From: Bacteroidota bacterium
Lineage (GTDB): Bacteria; Bacteroidota; Ignavibacteria; Palsa-1295
Assembly: GCA_018266755.1 (NCBI GenBank)
Contig: JAFDZW010000005.1
Coordinates: 711,233 to 775,232 of the forward strand
Length of the DNA stretch: 64,000 nt
Direction of reading: 5' to 3'
This document shows, piece after piece, positions 38,142-47,861 of the stretch (positions within the stretch are counted from its first letter, which is position 1; every line of letters starts with the position of its first letter). A program made the translations under genes and the position numbers. Under the pieces are notes generated by a model. It was not told the origin of the DNA. It was given only the letters and a program-made list of their open reading frames with translations, and did no database searches.

Positions 38142-40100
38142 CTAATACACATCCCACTGCCGCATCGTACCGACGGTGACCGGCACGATGTCGCTGACAT
38201 CGATCGTGTAGCGGTAGACCCGACGTGCCTGCTCGAAGCGCTTCGTAGGATTGAAGAATGAGAGCTTGACATCCCAGCAATCCGAACCCGGTTTGCAAAT
38301 CGGGCTGCGCTCGACATCGATCGAATCCAGTTTCAAACCACTCTTGATGGCATCGCCATACACCGCCTGAAGCTGGAATGCATTGGTCGCTGCGTAGTTC
38401 ATCGCTCGTTCCTGGGCAGTCACGCCAAGATTACGGATTTCGTAGTAGATCCGCGAAAGGAACTGGTGGATACCGACAGAACGATCGGTGTATTCCAGCA
38501 TCGCTTCCTTTGCCTTCGGCGCTTCACCGAGAACTGCACTCACGAGTGACTGCGTCGTCCAGCTATACATACCGCGATGCTCCGGGATGATCAACGGAAC
38601 GACTTGTCCGTTCAATAGTCTGCGCATGCCGCCGATCGTGCCCGGAATCGAAACGCGCTCGACTCCTTCGGTAATCTGTGCACGCAGAAAATCGCGCATG
38701 CGGTCGTACGTTGCCGCCGCAAACGGGCCAGTAGGTGCGATGGCATAGACGGGCGTCTCGTCGATGGTCAGCGTCCAGTGCAGACTGGCTGCGGACGCCG
38801 GGTCGGAGCTGAGATACTCGACCATTTCGGCATTGCTCGAAACATTGCGTCCGGTTTGCTGCGAAAACGAGTCTCGCCGAGCCTCGGTCCCGAAGTCGAG
38901 ACCAATCTGGCCGAGTGCATACACGAGCATCGGGCGAGCCGGTGACGCTTGCTGCGACGGTTTGTTATTGCATCCGCACGGTTCGCTCCCCCCTTTGCAG
39001 GAGCATTCCGACGGCACAATCGCGGCATCGTGTTCTTGTGGAATGATCATTGCGGAATTGGTGTCCGCAGTATCGGGTGCCAGCATGGTGGCAACCTCTT
39101 CGGTTTGTTGATTGTATTCTGACATGTTGACTCCGTTAGTTAGTAAGTGAAACTTCTGTTCTTCATACGGTTCGCCTTCCGGCTGCTCGATCGCTCGCAT
39201 CGCTGCCGCGACATCGAGCCTGCCTGAAAGAACCCGGGTGCAATCGGTCTCCACCTTCGGATCGCAAGGAGACGACGAACGCATGATCGCACGAAAGACT
39301 GCTCGCGGATCGGGCGTGTACCCGAGTTCGATCTGCATGCTTAGCAACAGCGCTGCAACGCCCGAGACAACCGGAGTTGCATAGCTCGTCCCGGTCTTGC
39401 GCCATACACTGCCGCCTGCACGTGCACCCAGAATATCCTCGCCCGGTGCAAGAATGCCGTTGGACCGATAGATTGCACCGAAGTTGCTGAAGTCGAGTGG
39501 CGTCCCGTCGTGTCGCATCGCTCCGACCGCGAGGATGTGCGGATTGGACGCAGGGATATGCTGGCAATCGCATCCGTCATTCCCGGCCGCTGCGATGATG
39601 AGAATCCCTTGGTCGGTACACCGACGAATTGTGTCGGCAAGGAATGTCTCTTCCACCCCGGAGATCGAACGTTGCCCGCCGGAAATGTTAATGATCTGCG
39701 CACCGCGATCTGCGGCCAACGAAACAGCTTGCGCCAATTGCACTTGCGTCGCCGGTTTGAACTCACCATCGATATCCGAACCAAATAGAGGGATGACCAA
39801 CCCTCGACACCCGGGTGCAATTCCTTCTACGGCAGAACCCCGCTGTCCAAAGATGATGCTGGTTACATGCGTACCGTGTTCGAGCGCCCGGCCTGCAACC
39901 GATCCGGTCCCAAAAGGGTCGATCGTTTGAAGATCCGCGCCGCGAAAACATTCATGGTCGAGATCGACATCCCCGTCGATCACCGCAACACAGATAGCTG
40001 CGCTCCCCGCAGAGCGTGAGAACAGTTCTGTGAAACCGGGTACAGAATCCCGATCAAAAATATCATTCCCGCGATCGATATGGTCGTCGTGTGGCTGCAT
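38142..40100 (-). CDS. subtilisin-like serine peptidase (S8 family), cytoplasmic (no signal peptide), with ~320-aa C-terminal extension domain of unknown function
   Basis: Catalytic triad contexts are AVIDGDVDLDH (Asp), HGTHVTSII (His), GTSYATPVVSGVAALLLS (Ser). The C-terminal half (PMLVYALGQIGLDFGTEARRDSF...SIPGTIGGMRRLLNGQVVPLIIPEHRGMYSW...) was not recognised. Confidence 0.85.
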   Translation of the reverse strand: MQPHDDHIDRGNDIFDRDSVPGFTELFSRSAGSAAICVAVIDGDVDLDHECFRGADLQTIDPFGTGSVAGRALEHGTHVTSIIFGQRGSAVEGIAPGCRGLVIPLFGSDIDGEFKPATQVQLAQAVSLAADRGAQIINISGGQRSISGVEETFLADTIRRCTDQGILIIAAAGNDGCDCQHIPASNPHILAVGAMRHDGTPLDFSNFGAIYRSNGILAPGEDILGARAGGSVWRKTGTSYATPVVSGVAALLLSMQIELGYTPDPRAVFRAIMRSSSPCDPKVETDCTRVLSGRLDVAAAMRAIEQPEGEPYEEQKFHLLTNGVNMSEYNQQTEEVATMLAPDTADTNSAMIIPQEHDAAIVPSECSCKGGSEPCGCNNKPSQQASPARPMLVYALGQIGLDFGTEARRDSFSQQTGRNVSSNAEMVEYLSSDPASAASLHWTLTIDETPVYAIAPTGPFAAATYDRMRDFLRAQITEGVERVSIPGTIGGMRRLLNGQVVPLIIPEHRGMYSWTTQSLVSAVLGEAPKAKEAMLEYTDRSVGIHQFLSRIYYEIRNLGVTAQERAMNYAATNAFQLQAVYGDAIKSGLKLDSIDVERSPICKPGSDCWDVKLSFFNPTKRFEQARRVYRYTIDVSDIVPVTVGTMRQWDVY

Positions 40101-40307
40101 CCTAATTGTGTTGATTCGGTAGTGTTGATGGCGATCACATTCCGTGGCCTGCCCATCCCGTGTGCTGTTACTGCACTAATCAAGTTGACAGACCAAATTT
40201 ACGAGCGACCAATCGGCTTCCGCCACGTATAAACCTCACGAATAATGTTTTTTTATTCGAGACGAGGTACAGCAGTCATTGTCGGAGGAAATCGAAACTC
40301 TAACAAA

Positions 40308-41480
40308 CTACAGCAACCGCACGACGATATTATCGCAGAACCGGTATCCCGTTGTAGTCAGGCGAAGTATGTCACCTTCGATGGTAGCCAAACCTTCATT
40401 GATAATACGCGCGAGTTCACGATTGGAACGGAGGTCTTCGCGAAACGAGGTGTTGAACTGCGAGATGTGTACTCCGGTCGATCGGAGTCCACAGAAAAGC
40501 ACTTCGATACGTCGTTCTCGCAGATCCGGACGCTCGGAATTATTACGAGGAAGAATACCATGTTCGATCCGGTCGAGGTACCGATCGAGTGAGGAGAGAT
40601 TCCACGAGCGCTCGCCGCCGATGAATTCATGTGCTGAGGGACCGAAGGACACGTAGTCTGCATAGCCGTCCCAATAGACAAGATTATGCCGACAGCGTTG
40701 AGCTTCGGTTTTTGCATAGTTCGATATCTCGTACTGCACAAAACCCGCATTCGAAAGCGTCTCCTGCACCATCTCATACATCTCCGATGCTTCATCCACC
40801 GGCATCTCGTTAACTTGGTGCAGCTTTACCATTCGGTTAAGTGGCGTCCCCTCTTCAACGGTGAGATTATAGACGCTCAAGTGGTCGGTTTCAAGTTCAA
40901 TAGCCTGCTTGAGCGAATATGCAAGCTTCTGCATTGTTTGGCCCGGTAGCGCAAACATCAGATCAATGCTGACACGATCAAACCCAGAGGAACGTGCGAA
41001 CCGAACGGCATCGCGGGCCTCATCGGCGGAATGAATACGAGAAAGCCATTCGAGCTCATCGGCATGAAACGACTGTACGCCAAAGCTGAGACGATTCGCG
41101 CCGAGCGCACGATATCGTGCGAGTTCCGATTCGGTGACGGTACCGGGGTTACACTCTAACGTGAACTCAAGGTCGGGAAGAAGGACAAAGTGTTTAGTGA
41201 TCGCCTCGACGATCGACTGTAATTCCTCCGGTGTGAGCAGCGACGGAGTGCCGCCTCCGAAAAAGATAGTCGATACGGCAGAGCCTTCGAGCGACGGATA
41301 GCGGGCGATCTTCAAATCGATCTCACGCACAAGCGCGCTGACGAAGCGCGCTTGTGCGGATCGGTCTTCGATCGAATAGAAATCGCAATAGACGCACTTT
41401 TGCTCGCAAAACGGGATATGGAAATAGAGCGAAAGTCCGTCGCGGTTCGTCAGTTGATATTGCGTAGTATCCTGTCCCAC
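40308..41480 (-). CDS. hemW: radical SAM haem chaperone HemW (HemN-like, oxygen-independent coproporphyrinogen-III oxidase family)
   Basis: LSLYFHIPFCEQKCVYCDFYS (CxxxCxxC), GGGTPS, and the HemW C-terminal domain. Canonical neighbour of lepA. Confidence 0.85.
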   Translation of the reverse strand: MGQDTTQYQLTNRDGLSLYFHIPFCEQKCVYCDFYSIEDRSAQARFVSALVREIDLKIARYPSLEGSAVSTIFFGGGTPSLLTPEELQSIVEAITKHFVLLPDLEFTLECNPGTVTESELARYRALGANRLSFGVQSFHADELEWLSRIHSADEARDAVRFARSSGFDRVSIDLMFALPGQTMQKLAYSLKQAIELETDHLSVYNLTVEEGTPLNRMVKLHQVNEMPVDEASEMYEMVQETLSNAGFVQYEISNYAKTEAQRCRHNLVYWDGYADYVSFGPSAHEFIGGERSWNLSSLDRYLDRIEHGILPRNNSERPDLRERRIEVLFCGLRSTGVHISQFNTSFREDLRSNRELARIINEGLATIEGDILRLTTTGYRFCDNIVVRLL

Positions 41481-42337
41481 CGAATGTGAAATGATTGCGT
41501 CTCTTCAGGGTCGTAGCCATCCCCGTGATCCGACGGCGGATTGTACCACGACCAATACACGAACATTGCCTTGCCGACAACGTTCTCTGCCGGACAAAAG
41601 CCCCAGAAGCGCGAGTCTTCCGAATTATCGCGATCGTCGCCAAGCATCCAGAGATAATCGCGGCCAACGGTATAACTCGTTGCCGTTACCCCGTCTATAC
41701 TCACCGATCCATCCATCGCACAGTTCACGTGATGACCTTCGCGCTCGATGAACACACGCCAGCCGTCGATGTTTTTCGCATCGAGCTGCAACACGTCCCC
41801 TTTCTTCGGCACACGGATGGGGCCGTACTGATCCTGATTCCAACCGGAGTATTTCGGAAAGATCCGAGAGTCTGAGAGTCCCTTCCGTAGTGGCTGTTCG
41901 TCATATCTGCCGTTCGGTGGCAGCGTCACCGCAGTTCCATTGACATATACCTGCTTATCGCGTATCTCGACCACATCACCGGCCAGCGCGACGGCGCGTT
42001 TAATAAAATCCACATTATGCTTCGCCGGTACGACAAGATCACGTTCACCGGGATATTCGAACACCACCACATCGCCGCGCTTGACGTCGGCATAATCGAA
42101 TCCGATATGCGGGATCGGCATGTCGGTAAACGGCAGATATTTCGGTGTATGAAACCCGTAGGCAAGTTCATTGACGAACAGATGATCGCCGATCAGCACG
42201 GTGTTCTTCATCGAGCCGGTTGGGACCTGGAATGCCTGCACCGCAAACGACCTCACGGCAATCGCGAGCAGCACTGCGACGAGCAGGGAGCGAACAACGC
42301 TCTCGTTCTTCTTACTAGTCTTCGGAGTCTTCTTCAT
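41450..42337 (-). CDS. lepB: signal peptidase I (S26), copy 1
   Basis: VPTGSMKNTVLIGDHLFVNELAYG (Ser box), GDDRDNSEDSRFWG (box E). Start re-assigned to MKKTPKTSKK. Confidence 0.85.
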   Translation of the reverse strand: MKKTPKTSKKNESVVRSLLVAVLLAIAVRSFAVQAFQVPTGSMKNTVLIGDHLFVNELAYGFHTPKYLPFTDMPIPHIGFDYADVKRGDVVVFEYPGERDLVVPAKHNVDFIKRAVALAGDVVEIRDKQVYVNGTAVTLPPNGRYDEQPLRKGLSDSRIFPKYSGWNQDQYGPIRVPKKGDVLQLDAKNIDGWRVFIEREGHHVNCAMDGSVSIDGVTATSYTVGRDYLWMLGDDRDNSEDSRFWGFCPAENVVGKAMFVYWSWYNPPSDHGDGYDPEETQSFHIRWDRILRNIN

Positions 42338-42444
42338 TCGAGTACATGAATGGTGATCAATGTGCTCACGCCTTCGTGAGCGTACCGGTTTCGGTACGCC
42401 CATGGTGCGATGTAGTTACTCGAATGGACGGAGTTTTGCCCTGC

Positions 42445-43338
42445 TTACTGCGCGCTATGGAAGAGGCGGTTCCAGCGGACGTGCAGGTTCTGCGGCTCCT
42501 CGGGGTCGTAGCCGTCGCCGGTATCTCCCGGCGGATTGTACCATGACCAATAAATGAACATCGACGAGCCGATCACATTATCGACCGGACAGAACCCCCA
42601 GTAGCGTGAGTCTGCCGAGTCGTCGCGGTTATCACCCATCATCCAGAGATAGTTGCGTTCGACGGTGTAGCTGGTCACTTTCTTTCCGTCGATCGTGACC
42701 GATCCATCAGCTCCGCATTCGCATGAATGGCCTTCGCGTTGGATGAAAACACTCCATGCGTCGATGTTCGCAGAGGAAAGCGCGATCACGTCACCCTTCT
42801 TCGGGATACGGATCGGGCCGTAGTTATCATGATTCCACGTCGTGTTACCACGCGGGAAGATCCCCTCTTCCGGATGTCCCTTCGGCAGCGGCGGGAAGTT
42901 GTAGCGCGAGTTCGGCGGATTCTTGAATTCTTTCCCGTTGACATACACCTGCTTGTCGCGAACCTCGAGCGTGTCGCCGGCAACGGCGATACAGCGTTTG
43001 ATGTAGTTTACGTTCTTCTCTTTCGGTTCTACGAGGTCGCGATCGCCCGGGTATTCGAACACGATCACATCCCCTTGCTTGACGTCGCGGTAATTAAAGC
43101 CGAAGTGCGGGATCTTCCAATTGGTCAGCGGCAAATACTTCGGCGTATGAAACCCGTAGGCAAGTTCGTTGACGAACAAATAATCGCCGACGAGCAGCGT
43201 GTTCTTCATCGAACCTGTCGGAATGCGGAACGCCTGGAACATGAACGAGCGGATCACCAACGCGATCACACCTGCGACCAGAAGCGAACGCCAGAGGCTC
43301 TCCTTCTGCTTTACTTTCTTCTTCGGTAGAATTGCCAT
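42445..43338 (-). CDS. lepB: signal peptidase I (S26), copy 2
   Basis: IPTGSMKNTLLVGDYLFVNELAYG, GDNRDDSADSRYWG. Tandem paralogue of the previous gene. Confidence 0.85.
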   Translation of the reverse strand: MAILPKKKVKQKESLWRSLLVAGVIALVIRSFMFQAFRIPTGSMKNTLLVGDYLFVNELAYGFHTPKYLPLTNWKIPHFGFNYRDVKQGDVIVFEYPGDRDLVEPKEKNVNYIKRCIAVAGDTLEVRDKQVYVNGKEFKNPPNSRYNFPPLPKGHPEEGIFPRGNTTWNHDNYGPIRIPKKGDVIALSSANIDAWSVFIQREGHSCECGADGSVTIDGKKVTSYTVERNYLWMMGDNRDDSADSRYWGFCPVDNVIGSSMFIYWSWYNPPGDTGDGYDPEEPQNLHVRWNRLFHSAQ

Positions 43339-43375
43339 ACGAAAAATCTTGTCTGTCCTGTAGGACCAATGAGTC

Positions 43376-45178
43376 TCAATCCGATATCTGCAAGATCGCC
43401 ATGAACGCTTCCTGCGGCACTTCGATGCGGCCGACCTGCTTCATGCGTTTCTTACCCTCTTTCTGCTTTTCGAGCAGCTTGCGCTTACGCGAGATATCGC
43501 CACCGTAACACTTCGCGGTCACGTCCTTGCGCATTGCCTTGACGGTCTCGCGTGCGATAATCTTCTGTCCGATGGCCGCTTGGATTGCGACTTCGAACAT
43601 GTGTCTCGGGATTAGCTCGCGCAGCTTCCCGCAGAGCTTCTTGCCCCACTCGAACGCCTTGTCGCGGTGCACGATCGTGCTGAACGCGTCGACCGGATCG
43701 CCGTTGAGCATGATGTCGAGCTTCACGAGATCCGACTGACGATACTCAAGGAATTCGTAATCGAACGATGCATAGCCCCGAGAGATCGACTTGAGTTTGT
43801 CGTAGAAATCGAAGATGATCTCGGAGAGCGGAAATTCGTATTGGATATCGGCGCGTGTCGAGTCGATGTACGTAGTTGTCTTGTAGATCGCGCGGCGCTC
43901 AGTTGCGAGCGTCATGATGCCGCCGACATACTCGCTCGGCACGATGATCTGCGCCTTCACGTACGGTTCTTCGATGTACTCGATATTGCCCGGAGGCGGC
44001 ATGGATGAAGGGTTGTCCACCTTCACGACATCGCCCGCCGTCGTTGTTACGTAGTACTCTACGTTCGGGACCGTCGTGACGATGTTCTGGTTGAACTCAC
44101 GGTCCAGGCGCTCCTGCACGATCTCCATGTGCAGCAGACCGAGGAAGCCACAACGGAAACCGAACCCAAGCGCGATCGAGGTCTCGGCTTCGAAGATGAG
44201 CGACGAATCGTTGAGCGCAAGCTTATCGAGCGAGTCGCGCAGTTCGGTGAACTGCTCGGCGTTCTGCGGATAGATACCCGCGAAGACCATCGGCTTCGAC
44301 TCTTTGAAGCCCGAGATCGGCTCGGTGGCGCCGCCACGGAAATGCGTGATCGTATCGCCGACGCGCGTGTCCTTGACGTTCTTGACGCCCGCGATCAAAT
44401 AGCCGACGTCGCCCGCTTGCAGTTCTTTCTTTGCCTCGCGGCCCAGGCGTAGCGTACCGATCTCTTCAACTTTGTAGCGCGCCTTGTTCGACATGAAGAT
44501 GATCTCGTCACCTTCTTTGATCTTGCCGTCGAACACACGCATATAGACGATCGCACCGCGGTAGGCGTCGAACTTCGAATCGAAGATGAGTCCGCGTAGC
44601 GGCGCGTCTACGTTGCCTTTCGGCGCCGGAATGCGCGTGCGGACCGCTTCGAGAATCTCCTGAATACCAATGCCTGCCTTCGCGCTGGCGAGCAGGATGT
44701 CTTCCTTCTTGCAGCCGATGAGCTCGATGATTTGGTTCGAGACCTCGTCGATCATCGCCGATTGCAGATCGACCTTATTAAGTACAGGAATGATCTCGAG
44801 TCCTGCTTCGATGGCAAGGAACAGGTTCGAGATCGTCTGTGCCTCGACGCCCTGTGTGGCATCGACGACCAAAATAGCGCCTTCGCATGCTGCGAGCGAG
44901 CGCGAGACCTCGTAGGTAAAATCGACGTGTCCGGGGGTATCCACCATGTTGTAGGTGTACTCGACGCCGTCGGGCGCGAGGTACTTCATCATGATGGCAT
45001 GGAGCTTGATGGTAATGCCGCGCTCCTGCTCGAGGTCCATATCGTCGAGGACCTGATTGTACTGCATCTCGCGCTGCGCGATCGTCTTGGTTTCGAGCAA
45101 CAGCTTATCGGCCAGCGTGCTCTTGCCGTGGTCGATATGGGCGATGATACAGAAATTACGAGTTCTCTCGAGCGACAT
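43376..45178 (-). CDS. lepA: translation elongation factor 4 (LepA)
   Basis: [27 protein letters not shown]...DTPGHVDF...NKVD, plus the LepA-specific C-terminal domain. Confidence 0.95.
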   Translation of the reverse strand: MSLERTRNFCIIAHIDHGKSTLADKLLLETKTIAQREMQYNQVLDDMDLEQERGITIKLHAIMMKYLAPDGVEYTYNMVDTPGHVDFTYEVSRSLAACEGAILVVDATQGVEAQTISNLFLAIEAGLEIIPVLNKVDLQSAMIDEVSNQIIELIGCKKEDILLASAKAGIGIQEILEAVRTRIPAPKGNVDAPLRGLIFDSKFDAYRGAIVYMRVFDGKIKEGDEIIFMSNKARYKVEEIGTLRLGREAKKELQAGDVGYLIAGVKNVKDTRVGDTITHFRGGATEPISGFKESKPMVFAGIYPQNAEQFTELRDSLDKLALNDSSLIFEAETSIALGFGFRCGFLGLLHMEIVQERLDREFNQNIVTTVPNVEYYVTTTAGDVVKVDNPSSMPPPGNIEYIEEPYVKAQIIVPSEYVGGIMTLATERRAIYKTTTYIDSTRADIQYEFPLSEIIFDFYDKLKSISRGYASFDYEFLEYRQSDLVKLDIMLNGDPVDAFSTIVHRDKAFEWGKKLCGKLRELIPRHMFEVAIQAAIGQKIIARETVKAMRKDVTAKCYGGDISRKRKLLEKQKEGKKRMKQVGRIEVPQEAFMAILQISD

Positions 45179-45288
45179 TCCTAAAACTACCTCTCCCTAA
45201 GAATTAGCGAGGTAAAACAGCAGGAATGGCGGAATGGCTCCGTGCGGGAATTCGTCGGTTTTTGGACAACGGCTGTATTTTTGTGTCT

Positions 45289-45795
45289 ATGATTGCCAGA
45301 TGTCTTCTCCTCTTGGCTCTTGCGGGAACAACTAGTTCATGCCATTCTTCGCGCTACCCTACACCCGAGGAATTCACCGGCATGTACCGCAGTGTTGACA
45401 CGACCCGTCACGAAGCGCTAAGCTTACTATGTACTGTTCCATTCTTGAGAAGTAATAAGACGTTACTGTATCTTCACACCTATCGAGATACCGATGGACG
45501 AACGGTAACATCGACTGGCCAGTGGGATATTGATCTTGGCAAAGGACGTGGTCGGGATTATGACTTCGGGTATCCGCCCAACAAATGGAAAATCACACTG
45601 TATGACTGGAAACCGTACCCAGGAGATTCTATCCTTCCGTACGGTTTCCCAGAAAAATACTGGCCTGAGACGGGCCAAAACCCCTTGTATGGATGGGGTC
45701 ATTATGATAGTGATGGCTCAAAGGTGATAGTATTGGATTCCTTTGGAAGAGAACCACAAGTGAAGTTCAGGCATCAGGGCAAGCCAAACCGTTGA
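45289..45795 (+). CDS. hypothetical lipoprotein (lower-GC segment)
   Basis: MIARCLLLLALAGTTSSC is a lipobox. The 169-aa mature part is rich in W/Y/G/D. Confidence 0.45.
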   Translation: MIARCLLLLALAGTTSSCHSSRYPTPEEFTGMYRSVDTTRHEALSLLCTVPFLRSNKTLLYLHTYRDTDGRTVTSTGQWDIDLGKGRGRDYDFGYPPNKWKITLYDWKPYPGDSILPYGFPEKYWPETGQNPLYGWGHYDSDGSKVIVLDSFGREPQVKFRHQGKPNR

Positions 45796-45879
45796 TCTCA
45801 ATTTGTGTTGCAGCGTAACGTAGAGGTCAATCGTTCACGAACTGACCCTGGCTCCGCTCATTGGCCACCACTGACGGCT

Positions 45880-47043
45880 TCAATTGATCAAGAACTTTCC
45901 GTTCGAGCTCCAACTGCCGATCGTTGCATGATAGAAGTATAGCCCGGGCCCGAGGGTGTTTGGGAAGTTAATCGATTGGCTCCCCGGACCCAACACTCGC
46001 TGCTCGCGGTACACAATCCTACCGGAAATGTCCGCCAGCTGCACACACACAATCGCCGTCGACTCTAACACCACCTCTAACTCCGCGAAGGCAGACCGCA
46101 TCGGATTGCGCCGGGGCCCCACTCTTGGTATTGTGGACTCTGATTCGGTCGGTACCAGCAACACAGGCTTTCCATATGGAATGCTTACACCTATCTCTTC
46201 CCAGAAGACTTTCGAAGTAATCGTGCCGGAAGTCATTCCGCCCCAAAACGGTCGCACTGATGTTGCTGAGTCAGCGGGGATAAGTTGCAGGCCAGCTACC
46301 CGCTTACCGGAAAGCAGAAATCCAGGTGCCGATTGGTTGGTCGCTCCCTTCGTCTCAAACATCCTACCACTACGACTGTCGTAGTAGTACGAGTACGTAC
46401 AGTGCAAGCCGCCAAGACTTGGAAGTTGGATGAAGACCGAATCAGTGCGTAGCAATACGTCTGCTGGTAAATCGGAAACCTCGAGATACCTTGTGCCTGA
46501 ACCGGTGTAGCTTTCAACCCAGTTGTTATGCAGCCAGAGGGATGCTCCAAAGTCCCACTTCACAAAGGTCATATGTCCCAGTGTGAGTGAGTACTTACCG
46601 GGGACTGGGATTCCATCGCGAAGGATCACCCGAAACTTCGCAGTGTACGCAACATACTTTTGCGGAGGATAGTCCGCGGCATTCGGCCCGAGATCCTCGT
46701 ACACGCTGCGGTCAACCTGCTCCAGAGCCTTCAGCGCACAGCGTCCCCATCCAATTGACCAGTCGGAATTGGTGTCACCCTCACGAAAGATCGTGATATT
46801 GCCTGCACACCCACGATCATAATCAGGTAGTGAATAGGTCACAGCCGAGTCGGAGGCCGAGAGGATGGGTAGTCGTGAATCGGTTACGTAGACTTGCATT
46901 GGTCCGCTAAGCAGTCCACTTCCTCGAAGAGTCAGGGTGTGGTTTAGGTCATCCAATGCCAGCGAGTCCACCTTAACCGTCTGCGCGGAGGTCGTCTGCG
47001 CGAACACGAGGGCGTACATCAAAGAGATTCGGAAGATCTTCAT
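45880..47043 (-). CDS. hypothetical secreted protein with T9SS C-terminal sorting domain
   Basis: Signal peptide MKIFRISLMYALVFAQTTSAQT. The C-terminal ~80 aa (…TAIVCVQLADISGRIVYREQRVLGPGSQSINFPNTLGPGLYFYHATIGSWSSNGKFLIN) matches the T9SS CTD pattern. Confidence 0.6.
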   Translation of the reverse strand: MKIFRISLMYALVFAQTTSAQTVKVDSLALDDLNHTLTLRGSGLLSGPMQVYVTDSRLPILSASDSAVTYSLPDYDRGCAGNITIFREGDTNSDWSIGWGRCALKALEQVDRSVYEDLGPNAADYPPQKYVAYTAKFRVILRDGIPVPGKYSLTLGHMTFVKWDFGASLWLHNNWVESYTGSGTRYLEVSDLPADVLLRTDSVFIQLPSLGGLHCTYSYYYDSRSGRMFETKGATNQSAPGFLLSGKRVAGLQLIPADSATSVRPFWGGMTSGTITSKVFWEEIGVSIPYGKPVLLVPTESESTIPRVGPRRNPMRSAFAELEVVLESTAIVCVQLADISGRIVYREQRVLGPGSQSINFPNTLGPGLYFYHATIGSWSSNGKFLIN

Positions 47044-47234
47044 TGTCAGTAATCGAGAATATGAGCTCAAACAACAGACACGCATCTCCTCAACACAAGC
47101 GAGGCAAGATTCTTTGCCCTAGTTCATGACATGGATCCATGAACATAGCATACTAACCTGTACAGCGACGTTGGCTTTGACGCAAGTAAATAATTGTGGA
47201 GCGTCACGATCATGCGGCCGCTGGAAAGCCATCA

Positions 47235-47669
47235 CTACTTCCCTGGCATGCGCATCTTCAACTGGTCGAGGTGGAGGCGTTGGTTGAGGACGGCGCTCTT
47301 GAGGGACGTCTTGCCAGCGGGGTTGAGCACTTTGTTCGTCGAATCGAGCGTCGTCTTCATTTGTGCGACTTCGGGCGACGTTGCCGCTGCAGGGATCGAT
47401 TCGAGTTTTTTCATTGCGATCTCAAGCGCGGCTTTCGTATTCTCGAGTTGATCTGCTGCCGTTTGCGCGATGCGCTGCGACGAGTCGGCAAGTTGCTGTG
47501 CGTCGGTCGCTTGTTGTTTCCAGGTGAAGCCCATCACGCTGCCTTCGGTAAAGCCGGCGTTGACAAGAATCTGGTTAAAGCAACTCGGGAACACGAGCAA
47601 CAGCAAGAATGCAACAATCAGGATTGCTTCGCGGACGGTAGCCAGTATATCTTTGAGTTTGTCGATCAT
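47235..47669 (-). CDS. hypothetical membrane-anchored coiled-coil protein
   Basis: N-terminal TM helix (ILIVAFLLLLVFPSC) then helical Q/A/T/K-rich sequence. The overlapping plus ORF is Arg-rich antisense-like. Confidence 0.5.
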   Translation of the reverse strand: MIDKLKDILATVREAILIVAFLLLLVFPSCFNQILVNAGFTEGSVMGFTWKQQATDAQQLADSSQRIAQTAADQLENTKAALEIAMKKLESIPAAATSPEVAQMKTTLDSTNKVLNPAGKTSLKSAVLNQRLHLDQLKMRMPGK

Positions 47670-47832
47670 AGGACAGATGACATTAATGAACAGGGTTGAC
47701 GATGTCCGGGAGTGCTAATCTACGAACGTTTAACCAGAACTCGTCGGTTGTGCCCCGCTCACTCACGGAGCATTCCGAAGCGTTCATGAGGTGCCCACAA
47801 TGTTAAATCTTTACATACTCGTCAGGGGCACC

Positions 47833-47861
47833 TTGACAGCGTGCATGTTTGGTTGTATATT
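47833..47861 (+). promoter_or_regulatory. sigma70-consensus-like promoter TTGACA-N17-TATATT about 390 nt upstream of gcdH
   Basis: Exact TTGACA (47833-47838) and TATATT (47856-47861) with a 17-nt spacer. If the organism is a Bacteroidota member, its housekeeping promoters would differ, so this is tentative. Confidence 0.3.

Noticed and set aside
40308-41480. Radical SAM gene next to the S8/Cys-rich-peptide island considered as the missing RiPP maturase
   Set aside because: It has the HemW/HemN-like architecture (CxxxCxxC + HemW C-domain) and sits in the universally conserved lepA-adjacent position. It is housekeeping rather than part of the island.
47196-47699. 167-aa plus-strand ORF
   Set aside because: Antisense to the minus-strand membrane coiled-coil protein gene. 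Arg/Cys-rich composition, no motifs.
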